The position numbers were made by a program, and so were the translations under genes. The notes under the pieces were generated by a model. That model saw only the letters and a list, made by a program, of their open reading frames with translations, was not told the DNA's origin and did not search any database. From assembly GCA_026004395.1 (NCBI GenBank), contig BPJB01000001.1:519343-583342 (forward strand): a DNA stretch of 64,000 nt, read 5' to 3'. The first letter of the stretch is position 1. Each line of letters opens with the position of its first letter. Below are positions 40,240 to 50,074 of this stretch, piece by piece. Source of the stretch: Patescibacteria group bacterium. GTDB taxonomy: Bacteria > Patescibacteriota > Microgenomatia > Levybacterales > UBA12049.

Positions 40240-40378
40240 ATGTTATTTGGGTTATATAAATTTTTAAAAATATCTCAATCAGTAAACAAACCAATTAAAA
40301 GTAAAAAAAATTGTAATAGTCATTATATCATGAGTATTTTACATATTAAAGAAGTTTTTAAATTCAAGTATAATAATT

Positions 40379-41104
40379 ATGATGAAAAAAATATTGAGAT
40401 GGATTAAAAATTTCAAAAAAAGAATATTATCCATTCTTAAGGACACAACAAAACAGTTTACATACGTCGCACTTGGCGACAGTACAGCTGAGGGAATGGG
40501 TGCTTCCAAACCTGAGAGATCATATGCCAATATTGTTTATGCTTCCCTAAAAGAACGATATCGATTGACAAAATATTATAATTTCGCAAGAAGTGGAGCA
40601 ATATTAGCAGATGTAGTTGAAAAGCAACTACCCAAAGCATTAGATGCATCGCCGGATCTTATCACTATTTCTGTTGGTGCAAATGATATTATAAGAAGAA
40701 CAAAAACTGATGAATATGAAAAACTTCTGCGCAAATTACTCCAAACACTTCAGAGACAAACCAATGCTACTGTTGTCATCAGTACAGTACCTGATCTATC
40801 TCTAGCACCATCTGTACCCAAACTTCTTAGAACATATAGTCGTTATATGGCAAATAAACTCAATGAAATCATTATCAAAACAGCAGAAGATACAAATACA
40901 GTCGTAGTCGATATATTTAATGATAGCAGGGCATTATTAAAAATATTTCCTGAAGCAATTGCATCAGATGGATGGCATCCATCAGACTTTGGATACGCAC
41001 TCTGGGCAAATAGTATTCTTGTTACTCTAAGAAATATTATTGAGCCACCAAAAAGAGAAAAAATTCCCCAAGAAGAGGAAGAAAATATTCAAGCAATAAA
41101 ATAA
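40379..41104 (+). CDS. SGNH/GDSL hydrolase
   Basis: LGDST, SG, GAND, DGWHP. Confidence 0.9.
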   Translation: MMKKILRWIKNFKKRILSILKDTTKQFTYVALGDSTAEGMGASKPERSYANIVYASLKERYRLTKYYNFARSGAILADVVEKQLPKALDASPDLITISVGANDIIRRTKTDEYEKLLRKLLQTLQRQTNATVVISTVPDLSLAPSVPKLLRTYSRYMANKLNEIIIKTAEDTNTVVVDIFNDSRALLKIFPEAIASDGWHPSDFGYALWANSILVTLRNIIEPPKREKIPQEEEENIQAIK

Positions 41105-41137
41105 TCAGTCCTCATCTTTATCTGCTACAATATTTTT

Positions 41138-42904
41138 ATGAAAAATATTCTGCAGATTATTTCTCTTGCCAAGCCTATGCATAGGCTTATTGCACTTATT
41201 GGTTTTTTAATTGTCATTGGAGCTGGTATTGATCTAATCGTTCCGATTATCTCCAAATTCATTGTTGATGAAATTGTTGCCAATCTACAACAAACAGGAG
41301 GAAGTTTTGAAAGACTAGTGTTTCTTATAGCATCAGCATTTATTCTAAGTATGATAAGTTTGGTCGTTACAACAATTAGCGATCGTCTAGGTGATCACTT
41401 CTCAGGAAGACTCAGAAAATTTCTAACAGAGCAGTACTACTATAAAGTCCTTACTTTACCCCAGAGTTATTTTGATACTGAATTGTCAGGAAAAATTATT
41501 AACCAACTTAGCCGTGGAATTCAATCAATTCAGCAGTTTATTAATACTACAACCAACTTTATCCTTCCTACATTTCTGCAAAGTATTTTTACTATTGCTG
41601 TACTTGCTTATTACAGTCTGCCTATTGCATTTTTTACATTTCTTTTGTTCCCTATTTATTTAATCCTAAGCTACTATTCATCCAAGAAATGGGGAGAAGA
41701 AGAAGTAAAAAAGAATAAAATAGAAGATCAATCACGCGCAAGAATTCAAGAAGTAATCACCAATATTAGCCTAGTAAAAAGCTTTATTACTGAAAAAAAG
41801 GAATATTCCTACATCTCAGAGAGCTTGAAAAAAAGTAATGCAATTTATGCTCGACAGAGTAAGACGTATCATACTTTTGATTTCTTACGGGGTTTGAGCT
41901 TGAATATTATCCTAACACTTATTAATATTGTTGTTTTTATAAATACTTTTCAAGGTAAACTCACGATTGGTGAGATGGTGCTTATCATACAACTTGTAGC
42001 TCAGTCCCGAAGGCCGCTTTTTGCCATGTCGTTTATACTCACAAATATACAATACGCAGAAGCAGGATCAAAAGAATTTTTAGAAGTATTACGCCTCCCA
42101 TCAAAAGAATATTTTGATCAGGACATCAAAATAGAAAAAATTAATAACCCATCAATAACTTTTGAAAATGTATCGTTTAAATATGCAACTTCCGATCAAG
42201 TATTAAATAATGTCTCTTTCCATATCGCAGATAAAGAAAAAGTAGCTTTGGTAGGACATAGTGGAGCAGGCAAAACAACGATTGTCAATCTTATCTTGAA
42301 ATTTTATGAACCAACAAAGGGTAGAATTCTTTTAAAAGATATGGACTATAAAAACCTTCATCCCAAATTTATCCGCAGTAATATCGCTTTGGTTTTTCAA
42401 GAAAGTGAACTATTTTCATCTACTATTCGCGAGAATGTAATGTACGGAACAAAAGCAACAGAAGAAGAGGTAATAAATGCACTCAAAATGGCAAATGCTT
42501 ACGATTTTGTAATGAAGCTGCCAAAGGGATTAGATTCTGAAATCGGGGAGAGAGGAGTACGTCTTTCAGGAGGTCAAAAACAGAGGATTCAGATTGCACG
42601 AGCAATTCTTAAAAACGCACCTATTCTGATTCTTGACGAAGCAACAAGCAGTCTTGATGCCAAATCAGAGAAAGAAGTACATGAAGCTCTTGAAAACCTG
42701 ATGAAAGACAAGCTGGTAATTATTATTGCGCATAGATTCTCAACAATTCAAAATGTCAATAAAATTATTGTCATTGATGAAGGAAAAGTTGTTGATTGTG
42801 GATCACCCCAAGAGCTAGCAGGCAGACCTGGAATTTATCAAAATCTGCTACGTTATCAAATCGAGGGCAACAAAAAACTTTTGGAGAAATTTGAGATTTA
42901 TTGA
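41138..42904 (+). CDS. ABC exporter, fused permease/ATPase
   Basis: TMD plus GHSGAGKT, LSGGQKQR, LDEATS. Confidence 0.93.
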   Translation: MKNILQIISLAKPMHRLIALIGFLIVIGAGIDLIVPIISKFIVDEIVANLQQTGGSFERLVFLIASAFILSMISLVVTTISDRLGDHFSGRLRKFLTEQYYYKVLTLPQSYFDTELSGKIINQLSRGIQSIQQFINTTTNFILPTFLQSIFTIAVLAYYSLPIAFFTFLLFPIYLILSYYSSKKWGEEEVKKNKIEDQSRARIQEVITNISLVKSFITEKKEYSYISESLKKSNAIYARQSKTYHTFDFLRGLSLNIILTLINIVVFINTFQGKLTIGEMVLIIQLVAQSRRPLFAMSFILTNIQYAEAGSKEFLEVLRLPSKEYFDQDIKIEKINNPSITFENVSFKYATSDQVLNNVSFHIADKEKVALVGHSGAGKTTIVNLILKFYEPTKGRILLKDMDYKNLHPKFIRSNIALVFQESELFSSTIRENVMYGTKATEEEVINALKMANAYDFVMKLPKGLDSEIGERGVRLSGGQKQRIQIARAILKNAPILILDEATSSLDAKSEKEVHEALENLMKDKLVIIIAHRFSTIQNVNKIIVIDEGKVVDCGSPQELAGRPGIYQNLLRYQIEGNKKLLEKFEIY

Positions 42905-43193
42905 GTATAATCCATAAGAAAATTTTCTTTATAATTTGTAATTTTTTTTAAAGTATAAAGAAACTGAGTTAAAAATTTTCTCTGGGAAATAAAAAAGGCA
43001 ATAAAGAAGTTAAGTTAAGTAGAGGAGAAATACAAGGAACAATACGCTCAATTTTGGTGTAATGATTTGTGAATTGAGTATGCAAAATTAGTTAATTTAG
43101 AAAAGATAGTTTCACATCTTTGCTGGTATAATAAATTTTATCCAATTATCCTATATATTAAAACTAAAACAACTTTAGAATTGATAAAACAAA

Positions 43194-43475
43194 ATGCTTC
43201 ATAAGCTTTTTAAGATAATCTTGGGAGTGATAGTTTTTCTGATTTTGGTTTTTGTGGAGCTAGATCTACTCATAGCTGATTATGGTTGGAGAGAAAATCA
43301 AACAACAAGACTGATAGCAATACTTTCCCTGGCAGTATTCGGTTTTGGTTTATTTTGGCTTTTGTTCTGGGGGAAGCAACGAATAATTGCTTGGATTTTA
43401 ATTCTCGTTGCGGCAGTAATTTTCCTTTTTAGCGCCTTTTTGCCAGATAAACTTTCAGGGTTTTTAGTAATATAA
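43194..43475 (+). CDS. Hypothetical 3-TM membrane protein
   Basis: 93-aa hydrophobic ORF. Confidence 0.6.
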   Translation: MLHKLFKIILGVIVFLILVFVELDLLIADYGWRENQTTRLIAILSLAVFGFGLFWLLFWGKQRIIAWILILVAAVIFLFSAFLPDKLSGFLVI

Positions 43476-43840
43476 GTTGCCTGTGTTTATGCCTCAAAAT
43501 CCACCTGAGGAACTTCTTCATTAAAAATGATACCCTTTGCTGTACTATATTCATATCATAGGTTGCATGATGTCTGATGAAAATTTTTTAATAATTTGAT
43601 AAATAGAATGTGAGTTCTAATATCACGAAATATGTCGGTAGCAAGATGATGAAAGGCGAAAATTACTACTAGAGTTAAAATCAGATTTAGCAATTTAATC
43701 TAATACATTACTACATCTGCTTTTTGCAATTTTTACAAAATGAATTATCGATTGCAAAATCAAAAACTGTGGCTAATTCTAGGACTAAGTTTTGAAGCAT
43801 ATCTATTAACAATTGTTGATCAAAATTTAGAATTTTAGAT

Positions 43841-44174
43841 TGGTCGCAGTTACTGAACGCCGCTCGAACTTTCTTTGAACGACAATCTGCGCCCTGACGG
43901 GCGCAGAACCCGCCCAGCGGCTCGTCGCCTGACGGCGGCAGGCAAAGCCCGCAAAAATTTCCTTTTCTTTTAAGGGGGACGCGCAAAAAATTTTTTCAAT
44001 TAAGGAAACAATTTTTGCGGGCTTTGCCTCTTTGCTGGCGCAAAGACGAGCCGCTTCCCACCCCCAGTCCGCCTTCGGCGGACAGAGCAGGCGGGCAAAA
44101 ATTCCTTCCCCCAGACCCCCTTCCTTTTTGCCCGCCTGCTTGGGCTTCGCCCTAAAATTTTTTGGCGGGACTAT
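43841..44174. repeat. 334-bp inverted repeat, copy 1 (element left end)
   Basis: Reverse complement of 49416-49749; mirrored shadow ORFs translate identically. Confidence 0.95.
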
Positions 44175-44203
44175 AAATCAAAAAGGGCGGTGGGTGGGGT
44201 TAG

Positions 44204-45868
44204 TTACATTAAAACTGTTTTCATTAATTCTTTCAAATAATCAGGTTCTAACAAATCGTTTTCTGAATTAATATTATTCCAACCATCCTTCTCTCCTTTA
44301 TTGTGTTTATAATACATCTCCGGTGCACCGTGTCGCAACACAAAGAATCTTTTATCCTGTAAACTCCGTATCAAATCATCAAAACCATCAGGCACTCCTT
44401 TTTCATCTAATTTTTGAACTATATAATCTAGTTTCGGATCACCATCATTTTGCCAATCAATGTGTGCACGAAACCTCCTGAGCAACTCTTTTTCCAGTCC
44501 AAATTCTTCGAGCAGATACTCTATATCACGACTAAATAGATAATCCAAATCGCATATCACAGCAATATCATCAAAACACATCTGCTGATAAAATTTTCTC
44601 GCCAACCTTAATTGCTTTTTGCCATCGGCTTTAATGAAAAGAGTAAATTTTCCCTTTGGAGGATGAATATTAAAAATGATTTTTAATTTTTCATAAAAAT
44701 TCTCGTCATGACTGCCTTCAATTAAAACAACGCTGTCAGCAAATAACCCTTCAAGATTTCCACGACGCTCAAGGTGTCGTTTAACTAAACTTACATCAAC
44801 GCTGGATGGATTGAGAGCGATATTTTTGGTTCCTTCCTCTTTAGTTTTTCTTACTCTCCGATAGCCCTCAATAGTTGTTGGTGTAACAATGAAAGGTGAA
44901 TGTGTAGTTGTTACTATCTGATAACGCTCCATCATTTGGATTAAAGCATTTGCCATCTCACGTTGAGCATACGGATGAAGAAAAGATTCTAATTCTCCAA
45001 TTAAAAATATTGGCGCAGGACGATCTTGGTATCTTTTGCCTTTTTTAGCTAGCAACTTCAAAAAAGCTAATAATGTTGCTCTCTGCAAGCCATGCCCTTT
45101 TTGTTCTACTTCTGTTTTATGTCCATCATCAAGGAAAATCTTCATCTCTTTTGCAATAACAGTTTCGTCTGGTAAACCAAATTCAACAGATGGTGTAATA
45201 TCACTAAATTCACCCATAAATTCTTCTTTTAATCCAGCCTCGAACTCTGTGATTGCTTTGGAGCGTACTCCCTCTTCTTCGCTATGGAGGAAATTGTCTA
45301 AATCTGTTAAAACAGATTTTGTTTTAACAGCTAATTCTTGAAAAAATGAACTCATTACTTCTTTTTTTAATTTTCCCAATGCTGTTGTAGATTTATCAGT
45401 TAATTCTTGAACAGTATCAGCAGTAGCTGGAATTGATATAACATCTGGGAGAATTTTTAATAAATTTCCTGTAAAACCACTTGGATTGTGTAAAGTGCCA
45501 TCTTCTTTATAAATACCAATCTGAGCACCCGACTCCGGAGTTAGTATAGAGGCAATTTTCAAAATACCATTATCAATAGCGTTTTCTATTGCCTCTTTGT
45601 GATTACTAGCCTTTACTAAATGAGTAAAATCACTAATTCCTGCAAATTCGCCCTCTAAAACTATCGGTTTATCTTTGTCATGTTGCCATTTTGGAATATG
45701 CTCCTTCCTTATTCCAGTAGATAGCAATAATTCAGTTGCCTTCAGATAATGTGACTTCCCTGCGTTGTTTCTACCAACAAAAAAAGTAAATTCATTGAAA
45801 AAAACCTCATCTTCTTTGATTGGTCCTAAATTTTTAATTGTTAACTTTTTTAATAAAACCCTACTCAT
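44204..45868 (-). CDS. OLD-family ATP-dependent nuclease (ABC ATPase + TOPRIM)
   Basis: GRNNAGKS, KGHGLQR, ESFLHP, TTHSP, VLIEGSHDE, DLD. Confidence 0.85.
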   Translation of the reverse strand: MSRVLLKKLTIKNLGPIKEDEVFFNEFTFFVGRNNAGKSHYLKATELLLSTGIRKEHIPKWQHDKDKPIVLEGEFAGISDFTHLVKASNHKEAIENAIDNGILKIASILTPESGAQIGIYKEDGTLHNPSGFTGNLLKILPDVISIPATADTVQELTDKSTTALGKLKKEVMSSFFQELAVKTKSVLTDLDNFLHSEEEGVRSKAITEFEAGLKEEFMGEFSDITPSVEFGLPDETVIAKEMKIFLDDGHKTEVEQKGHGLQRATLLAFLKLLAKKGKRYQDRPAPIFLIGELESFLHPYAQREMANALIQMMERYQIVTTTHSPFIVTPTTIEGYRRVRKTKEEGTKNIALNPSSVDVSLVKRHLERRGNLEGLFADSVVLIEGSHDENFYEKLKIIFNIHPPKGKFTLFIKADGKKQLRLARKFYQQMCFDDIAVICDLDYLFSRDIEYLLEEFGLEKELLRRFRAHIDWQNDGDPKLDYIVQKLDEKGVPDGFDDLIRSLQDKRFFVLRHGAPEMYYKHNKGEKDGWNNINSENDLLEPDYLKELMKTVLM

Positions 45869-45883
45869 AGAGTTCTTGTAATT

Positions 45884-46804
45884 TTATAAATCAAATCTTT
45901 TGTTTAATTTGTACATTTTGTTATCTAATAGTTTCAAATTCTTTTCTTTATTTTTCCAAATTTCTTTAAAATCCTTGTCTCTCATTGTGCGAATTTCACC
46001 AAGATAGACAGATACATAACAACCATTTACTTTTGTCTCTTTCGCTTGTTTTAGATTTTTTTCTGTAATTTTTATATACTGAGGGTCAATATCTATCCCA
46101 ATATACTTTCGTCCTAAACGTTTAGCGGCGACAGCGGTAGTTCCCGTACCAATGAATGGATCAAATACAATATCTCCCTCGTCGGTACTCATCAAAATAA
46201 GTCTCTCTAGTAATGGCACAGGTAATTGACAAGGATGTTCGTCTCTTCGTTTTTTATGACGGATTCTGTGAATGTCAGACCAAACATCGGAAAGAAGAGG
46301 GCCAAAGCCATGTGCTTGATCCTTTTTACCCCCATAATCTTTCAAAAACTCCTTACAGACACGACAGCGTGGATGTGGATATCTAATGTCATAAAACTTA
46401 AAATCCTTGTATGATTTTGATTTTGTGTAATATAAAATCCCATAGTGATTCGGTAAAAGCGTCTTGCCCATCGGTGCACCACCGGAATCCCAAGTAATCC
46501 AATGCCTAAAATAGGCGATTTTGTTTAGGTACTCGGCAAAGTGCGATAACCAACGGGGAATATTATGAACAAAAATAGATCCGCTTGGTTTTGTAATTCT
46601 CACCATCTCGTTCATCCATTTATTGCACCATTCTAAATACTCCTCTTTTTCTTTTGTGTCCTCATAGTGGTTATATTTTTTCTTCAAGTTAAAAGGCGGG
46701 TCAGCAAAAGTCATATCCACTGAATTGTCAGGGATATCTTTCATCACTTCCAAACAATCGCCTAGAATAATTTTGTTCTCAAATTTTTTAATATCTTTGC
46801 CCAT
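45884..46804 (-). CDS. DNA amino-methyltransferase, beta class (N6A/N4C)
   Basis: ADPPF before HPCQLP and FDPFIGTGTT. Confidence 0.92.
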   Translation of the reverse strand: MGKDIKKFENKIILGDCLEVMKDIPDNSVDMTFADPPFNLKKKYNHYEDTKEKEEYLEWCNKWMNEMVRITKPSGSIFVHNIPRWLSHFAEYLNKIAYFRHWITWDSGGAPMGKTLLPNHYGILYYTKSKSYKDFKFYDIRYPHPRCRVCKEFLKDYGGKKDQAHGFGPLLSDVWSDIHRIRHKKRRDEHPCQLPVPLLERLILMSTDEGDIVFDPFIGTGTTAVAAKRLGRKYIGIDIDPQYIKITEKNLKQAKETKVNGCYVSVYLGEIRTMRDKDFKEIWKNKEKNLKLLDNKMYKLNKRFDL

Positions 46805-46806
46805 AA

Positions 46807-47826
46807 CTACTTGTTGAATACGGTTGATAACAATTCTTTAAAGCGATTAAGTTCCTCTTTGTGAAAAGTAAATACTTCATCATAAGCTCCAACCATTCTT
46901 TTAAGGTCGTTTTTTCTTACATACCAACCAATACCATCCACAAAACCAATAAATAGAGCTTTGGGATAATGCTTTTTGATGAGCTTAGCAACATTTATCT
47001 CTGTTTTTGCTTTGTCTCCTTGGCCAGAGGAAGTCGTTACAACATAAGAAGACTCGACAATCAATAATGGATTATTCTGATCGGGAATAATAAAATCCAT
47101 TGTTCGTTTTTCTTCATCCAGTACACCAACTAATTTTTGTAGATCTCCAGAAGTATATGGTATTTCAAGCTCCTCTAAAATTTTCTCAATAAGCACTTCT
47201 GGGTTATTTTCTTTTTTACCGGCATACGATCCTTTTTCTTTGTAGCGTATTAAAGTATCAACAAGAGATTCTATTTTAAATTCCAGCTTTTCAACACTTA
47301 GCTTTTTAAGTTCAAATAAAGGCAGGGCTTGAGTTAGTACAGGAACGGTAGAGCCCTCAAAAAATATATTTACAATTCCTTTCGCAAAGTTTTCATTATT
47401 CTTTATTAGATTAGCAATCTTTGAGTCGCTCCATTCACTAACTCCTCCCTCATCAATTTCTTCTGTTCCTGTTTGCCATTTATCTTTCAATGTAAGCCTG
47501 TTTAATTCCTCATCGTCAATCACTCTTATTAGAGTTATTAAGCGTTTTAAATATTCATTTGAGATGCCAGTCAATGCAAGTAGTGCTCGCAAGCCGTTTT
47601 TCTTATTGCGGATTAATTCAACAAAAAAGTCTTTCTTAAGTCCTTCTGTTGAGACTTTATTTCGCAATACTAAAAGTAATTCTTTGATTGAAGAAATATA
47701 GCCCTCGTATTTTTCCTCAAAATCACGGTCGTAAAGATAAAAGGTATTTTTATCTATAACCAGCTTAAATTTTGATTCAGTTGTGGGTTTTGAAATTTTA
47801 ATCATATTTTTATTTGTCATTTTCAA
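46807..47826 (-). CDS. Type II restriction endonuclease, DpnII-family-like
   Basis: RTMDFII...IVESSY..TSSGQGDK...FVDGIGW; flanked by two MTases. Confidence 0.78.
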   Translation of the reverse strand: MKMTNKNMIKISKPTTESKFKLVIDKNTFYLYDRDFEEKYEGYISSIKELLLVLRNKVSTEGLKKDFFVELIRNKKNGLRALLALTGISNEYLKRLITLIRVIDDEELNRLTLKDKWQTGTEEIDEGGVSEWSDSKIANLIKNNENFAKGIVNIFFEGSTVPVLTQALPLFELKKLSVEKLEFKIESLVDTLIRYKEKGSYAGKKENNPEVLIEKILEELEIPYTSGDLQKLVGVLDEEKRTMDFIIPDQNNPLLIVESSYVVTTSSGQGDKAKTEINVAKLIKKHYPKALFIGFVDGIGWYVRKNDLKRMVGAYDEVFTFHKEELNRFKELLSTVFNK

Positions 47827-49039
47827 AAATTAAAATATATTCTTCCTTCATCGTATTTTGGAGACCTTTAATTGGTTTCAAAATTTCAAAAAGAAATTTA
47901 AACTTTTGCCCTTCTGCTAATTCTTTAATTTTCGTCTCCAATCTAACACCTTTTGTCTGAATATCGTTAGTTCCAACCACAAAAATAGTTTTGCTACCCT
48001 TTTTACTAACTCTTGCCAATTCTCTAAACACTTTATCAAGCATTTCAAAATAAAGTTCCAACTTTTGACTTATTCCTCTGCCTTGCAAACCAATCATCTT
48101 TTCTTTTAACTTGTCTGGGGCATAGCCAAGATATTCCAATTGTGGTTTATCATTATCTACATAATCTATTGCAAAAGAATAAGGCGGGGAGGTAATTACG
48201 CCGTCAACGCTATTATCTTCCAAGGGTAATTTTAACGCACTATCTTCAATAATTTTACTTTTCCCTATTTTTAAACCTAATTTTTCTCTTGCATTTTGGA
48301 AATTTTTGATAGTTGTTATATACCTGTTAAGTACAATTGGAAAAAGAGCACTTAACGATTTAGAGCTTCTGCGCGCGAAACCCACGGCATCAAGATAGGC
48401 TAATAAAGCAACTTCGTAGTATGACCTATCTTCATCGTCGCCATCTTTTATAAAATAGTGCGGTACTTTATCCTTGTTTAACTTTTTAAAAATTTTATTT
48501 TGTTCGTGGGTTATTTGAGTAAGTTTTTCGCTGTTAAGATTTAAGGCAAAAGTTTTTACTCTGCCCATCAAACAACAAAAGGGACTTACATCGACGCCCA
48601 CTGAATCAATGCCTAACAAATTTGCCTCTACTGATAAAGTCGCACTACCAGACATTGGATCAAGAACAACATTGCCCGGTTTTAGACCCATCATATTTAG
48701 TAAAGCCCTTATCATCTGTGGATGAAATTTGCCTCTATATGGGAATAAACTATGAGTGGCGTATCCTGTAGAATATTTACCATTTAAGAAAAAGGCTTTT
48801 GTGCGTAAGGAACTATTGCGATGTATATCTTCTAAATTTTGAAGATTGCAAGTCTGGTAGTGAATCGTTGGCTCGCCTTCTACTGATTTAAAGTATGCAC
48901 TGCGCCTAATTAAATCTTTTTTATTAAGATTTTCATATTCCCAAATAGCAAAATTTAACTCAAAAATTTCATCAGTCCCATCAATTAACTGATAGTCAGT
49001 AGGAAATAATTTTTTTGTTATTGGTTGAAAATTTTGCAT
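47810..49039 (-). CDS. DNA methyltransferase, alpha class, probably N4-cytosine
   Basis: TH..FPYRGKFHP, LDPMSGSAT before TSPPY. Confidence 0.88.
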   Translation of the reverse strand: MQNFQPITKKLFPTDYQLIDGTDEIFELNFAIWEYENLNKKDLIRRSAYFKSVEGEPTIHYQTCNLQNLEDIHRNSSLRTKAFFLNGKYSTGYATHSLFPYRGKFHPQMIRALLNMMGLKPGNVVLDPMSGSATLSVEANLLGIDSVGVDVSPFCCLMGRVKTFALNLNSEKLTQITHEQNKIFKKLNKDKVPHYFIKDGDDEDRSYYEVALLAYLDAVGFARRSSKSLSALFPIVLNRYITTIKNFQNAREKLGLKIGKSKIIEDSALKLPLEDNSVDGVITSPPYSFAIDYVDNDKPQLEYLGYAPDKLKEKMIGLQGRGISQKLELYFEMLDKVFRELARVSKKGSKTIFVVGTNDIQTKGVRLETKIKELAEGQKFKFLFEILKPIKGLQNTMKEEYILIFENDK

Positions 49040-49041
49040 AG

Positions 49042-49254
49042 TTATTTAATCAAATCATCAATCGGCACATCTAATGCTTTCGCAAGTTTAGTTATAGTTT
49101 CAAAAGTAGGATTTTTATTTACTCCATTCTCAATTTTTACAACGGTATTTAATGAAAGATCTGCAAGACGAGCCACTTTCTCAAGAGAATAGCCCTTTTT
49201 AGCCCTTAATTTTTTTAGATTATCCGATATTTTATTTGACATTTGCATATCCAT
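49042..49254 (-). CDS. XRE-family HTH, probable RM controller (C) protein
   Basis: NLKKLR..KGYS.EKVA...KIENG...NPT..TI.KLAKAL; first gene of the RM operon. Confidence 0.85.
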   Translation of the reverse strand: MDMQMSNKISDNLKKLRAKKGYSLEKVARLADLSLNTVVKIENGVNKNPTFETITKLAKALDVPIDDLIK

Positions 49255-49415
49255 TGTTTAACATTATAGTATATAGATTATATTCTAAACTTTCTTATTT
49301 TTCTATTATAATGATAACTAATTATCCAGAAAAAGTAAAGAAAAATCATCAAGGGAGTTTCCTTTTGTCGCCCGCGCATGGGTTGGGTGGGGCAAGGGCG
49401 ACTATAAAAAATACA

Positions 49416-49902
49416 ATAGTCCCGCCAAAAAATTTTAGGGCGAAGCCCAAGCAGGCGGGCAAAAAGGAAGGGGGTCTGGGGGAAGGAATTTTTGCCCGCC
49501 TGCTCTGTCCGCCGAAGGCGGACTGGGGGTGGGAAGCGGCTCGTCTTTGCGCCAGCAAAGAGGCAAAGCCCGCAAAAATTGTTTCCTTAATTGAAAAAAT
49601 TTTTTGCGCGTCCCCCTTAAAAGAAAAGGAAATTTTTGCGGGCTTTGCCTGCCGCCGTCAGGCGACGAGCCGCTGGGCGGGTTCTGCGCCCGTCAGGGCG
49701 CAGATTGTCGTTCAAAGAAAGTTCGAGCGGCGTTCAGTAACTGCGACCATACGATACTTTCAGAGTTTTTGGGCGAGTTTGATTGCTCGCTCGCCTCGCC
49801 AGAGGCGAGGCTCGCTTCGCAAATTTCCTTATATTTCGGCACTAAATCAAGGGGCGGACGGAAATCAAAGAGGATTTTTCTGTCCAGCAGGCGGCGGTTC
49901 GT
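49416..49902. repeat. Internal inverted copy of the joined element ends (487-bp attP-like junction)
   Basis: 49416-49749 = revcomp of 43841-44174; 49744-49902 = revcomp of 51446-51604; the overlap is the core CGACCA. Confidence 0.95.
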
Positions 49903-50074
49903 GGACGCAAAGCGCCCAGGGCAAAAGCCACCTTATAGAAAATCTATTGAATGCTTTTGCTCTCCAATTTTTTCCGCCTTTTGCCAAAGGTAAAAGAACA
50001 AAGCAAGTTTTTAATCTCGCGCTTTACACTGCGCCACAGGCGCAGTGGCCAAAGGCGACTAACCTAAAAGCAAT

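Noticed and set aside
49400-49421. GACTAT-N10-ATAGTC as a C-protein box
   Set aside because: Spacing differs from GACT-N3-AGTC boxes and it lies about 150 bp from the controller start, at the repeat edge.
43841-49749. Composite transposon or IS with 334-bp terminal inverted repeats
   Set aside because: No transposase or target duplication. The repeat ends exactly at the att core and continues as the other element end, so it is an att junction copy.
49900-49920. GGACGCAAAGC, resembling part of a c-di-GMP-I riboswitch
   Set aside because: The upstream GGCAAAC...GAAA P2 stem is absent.
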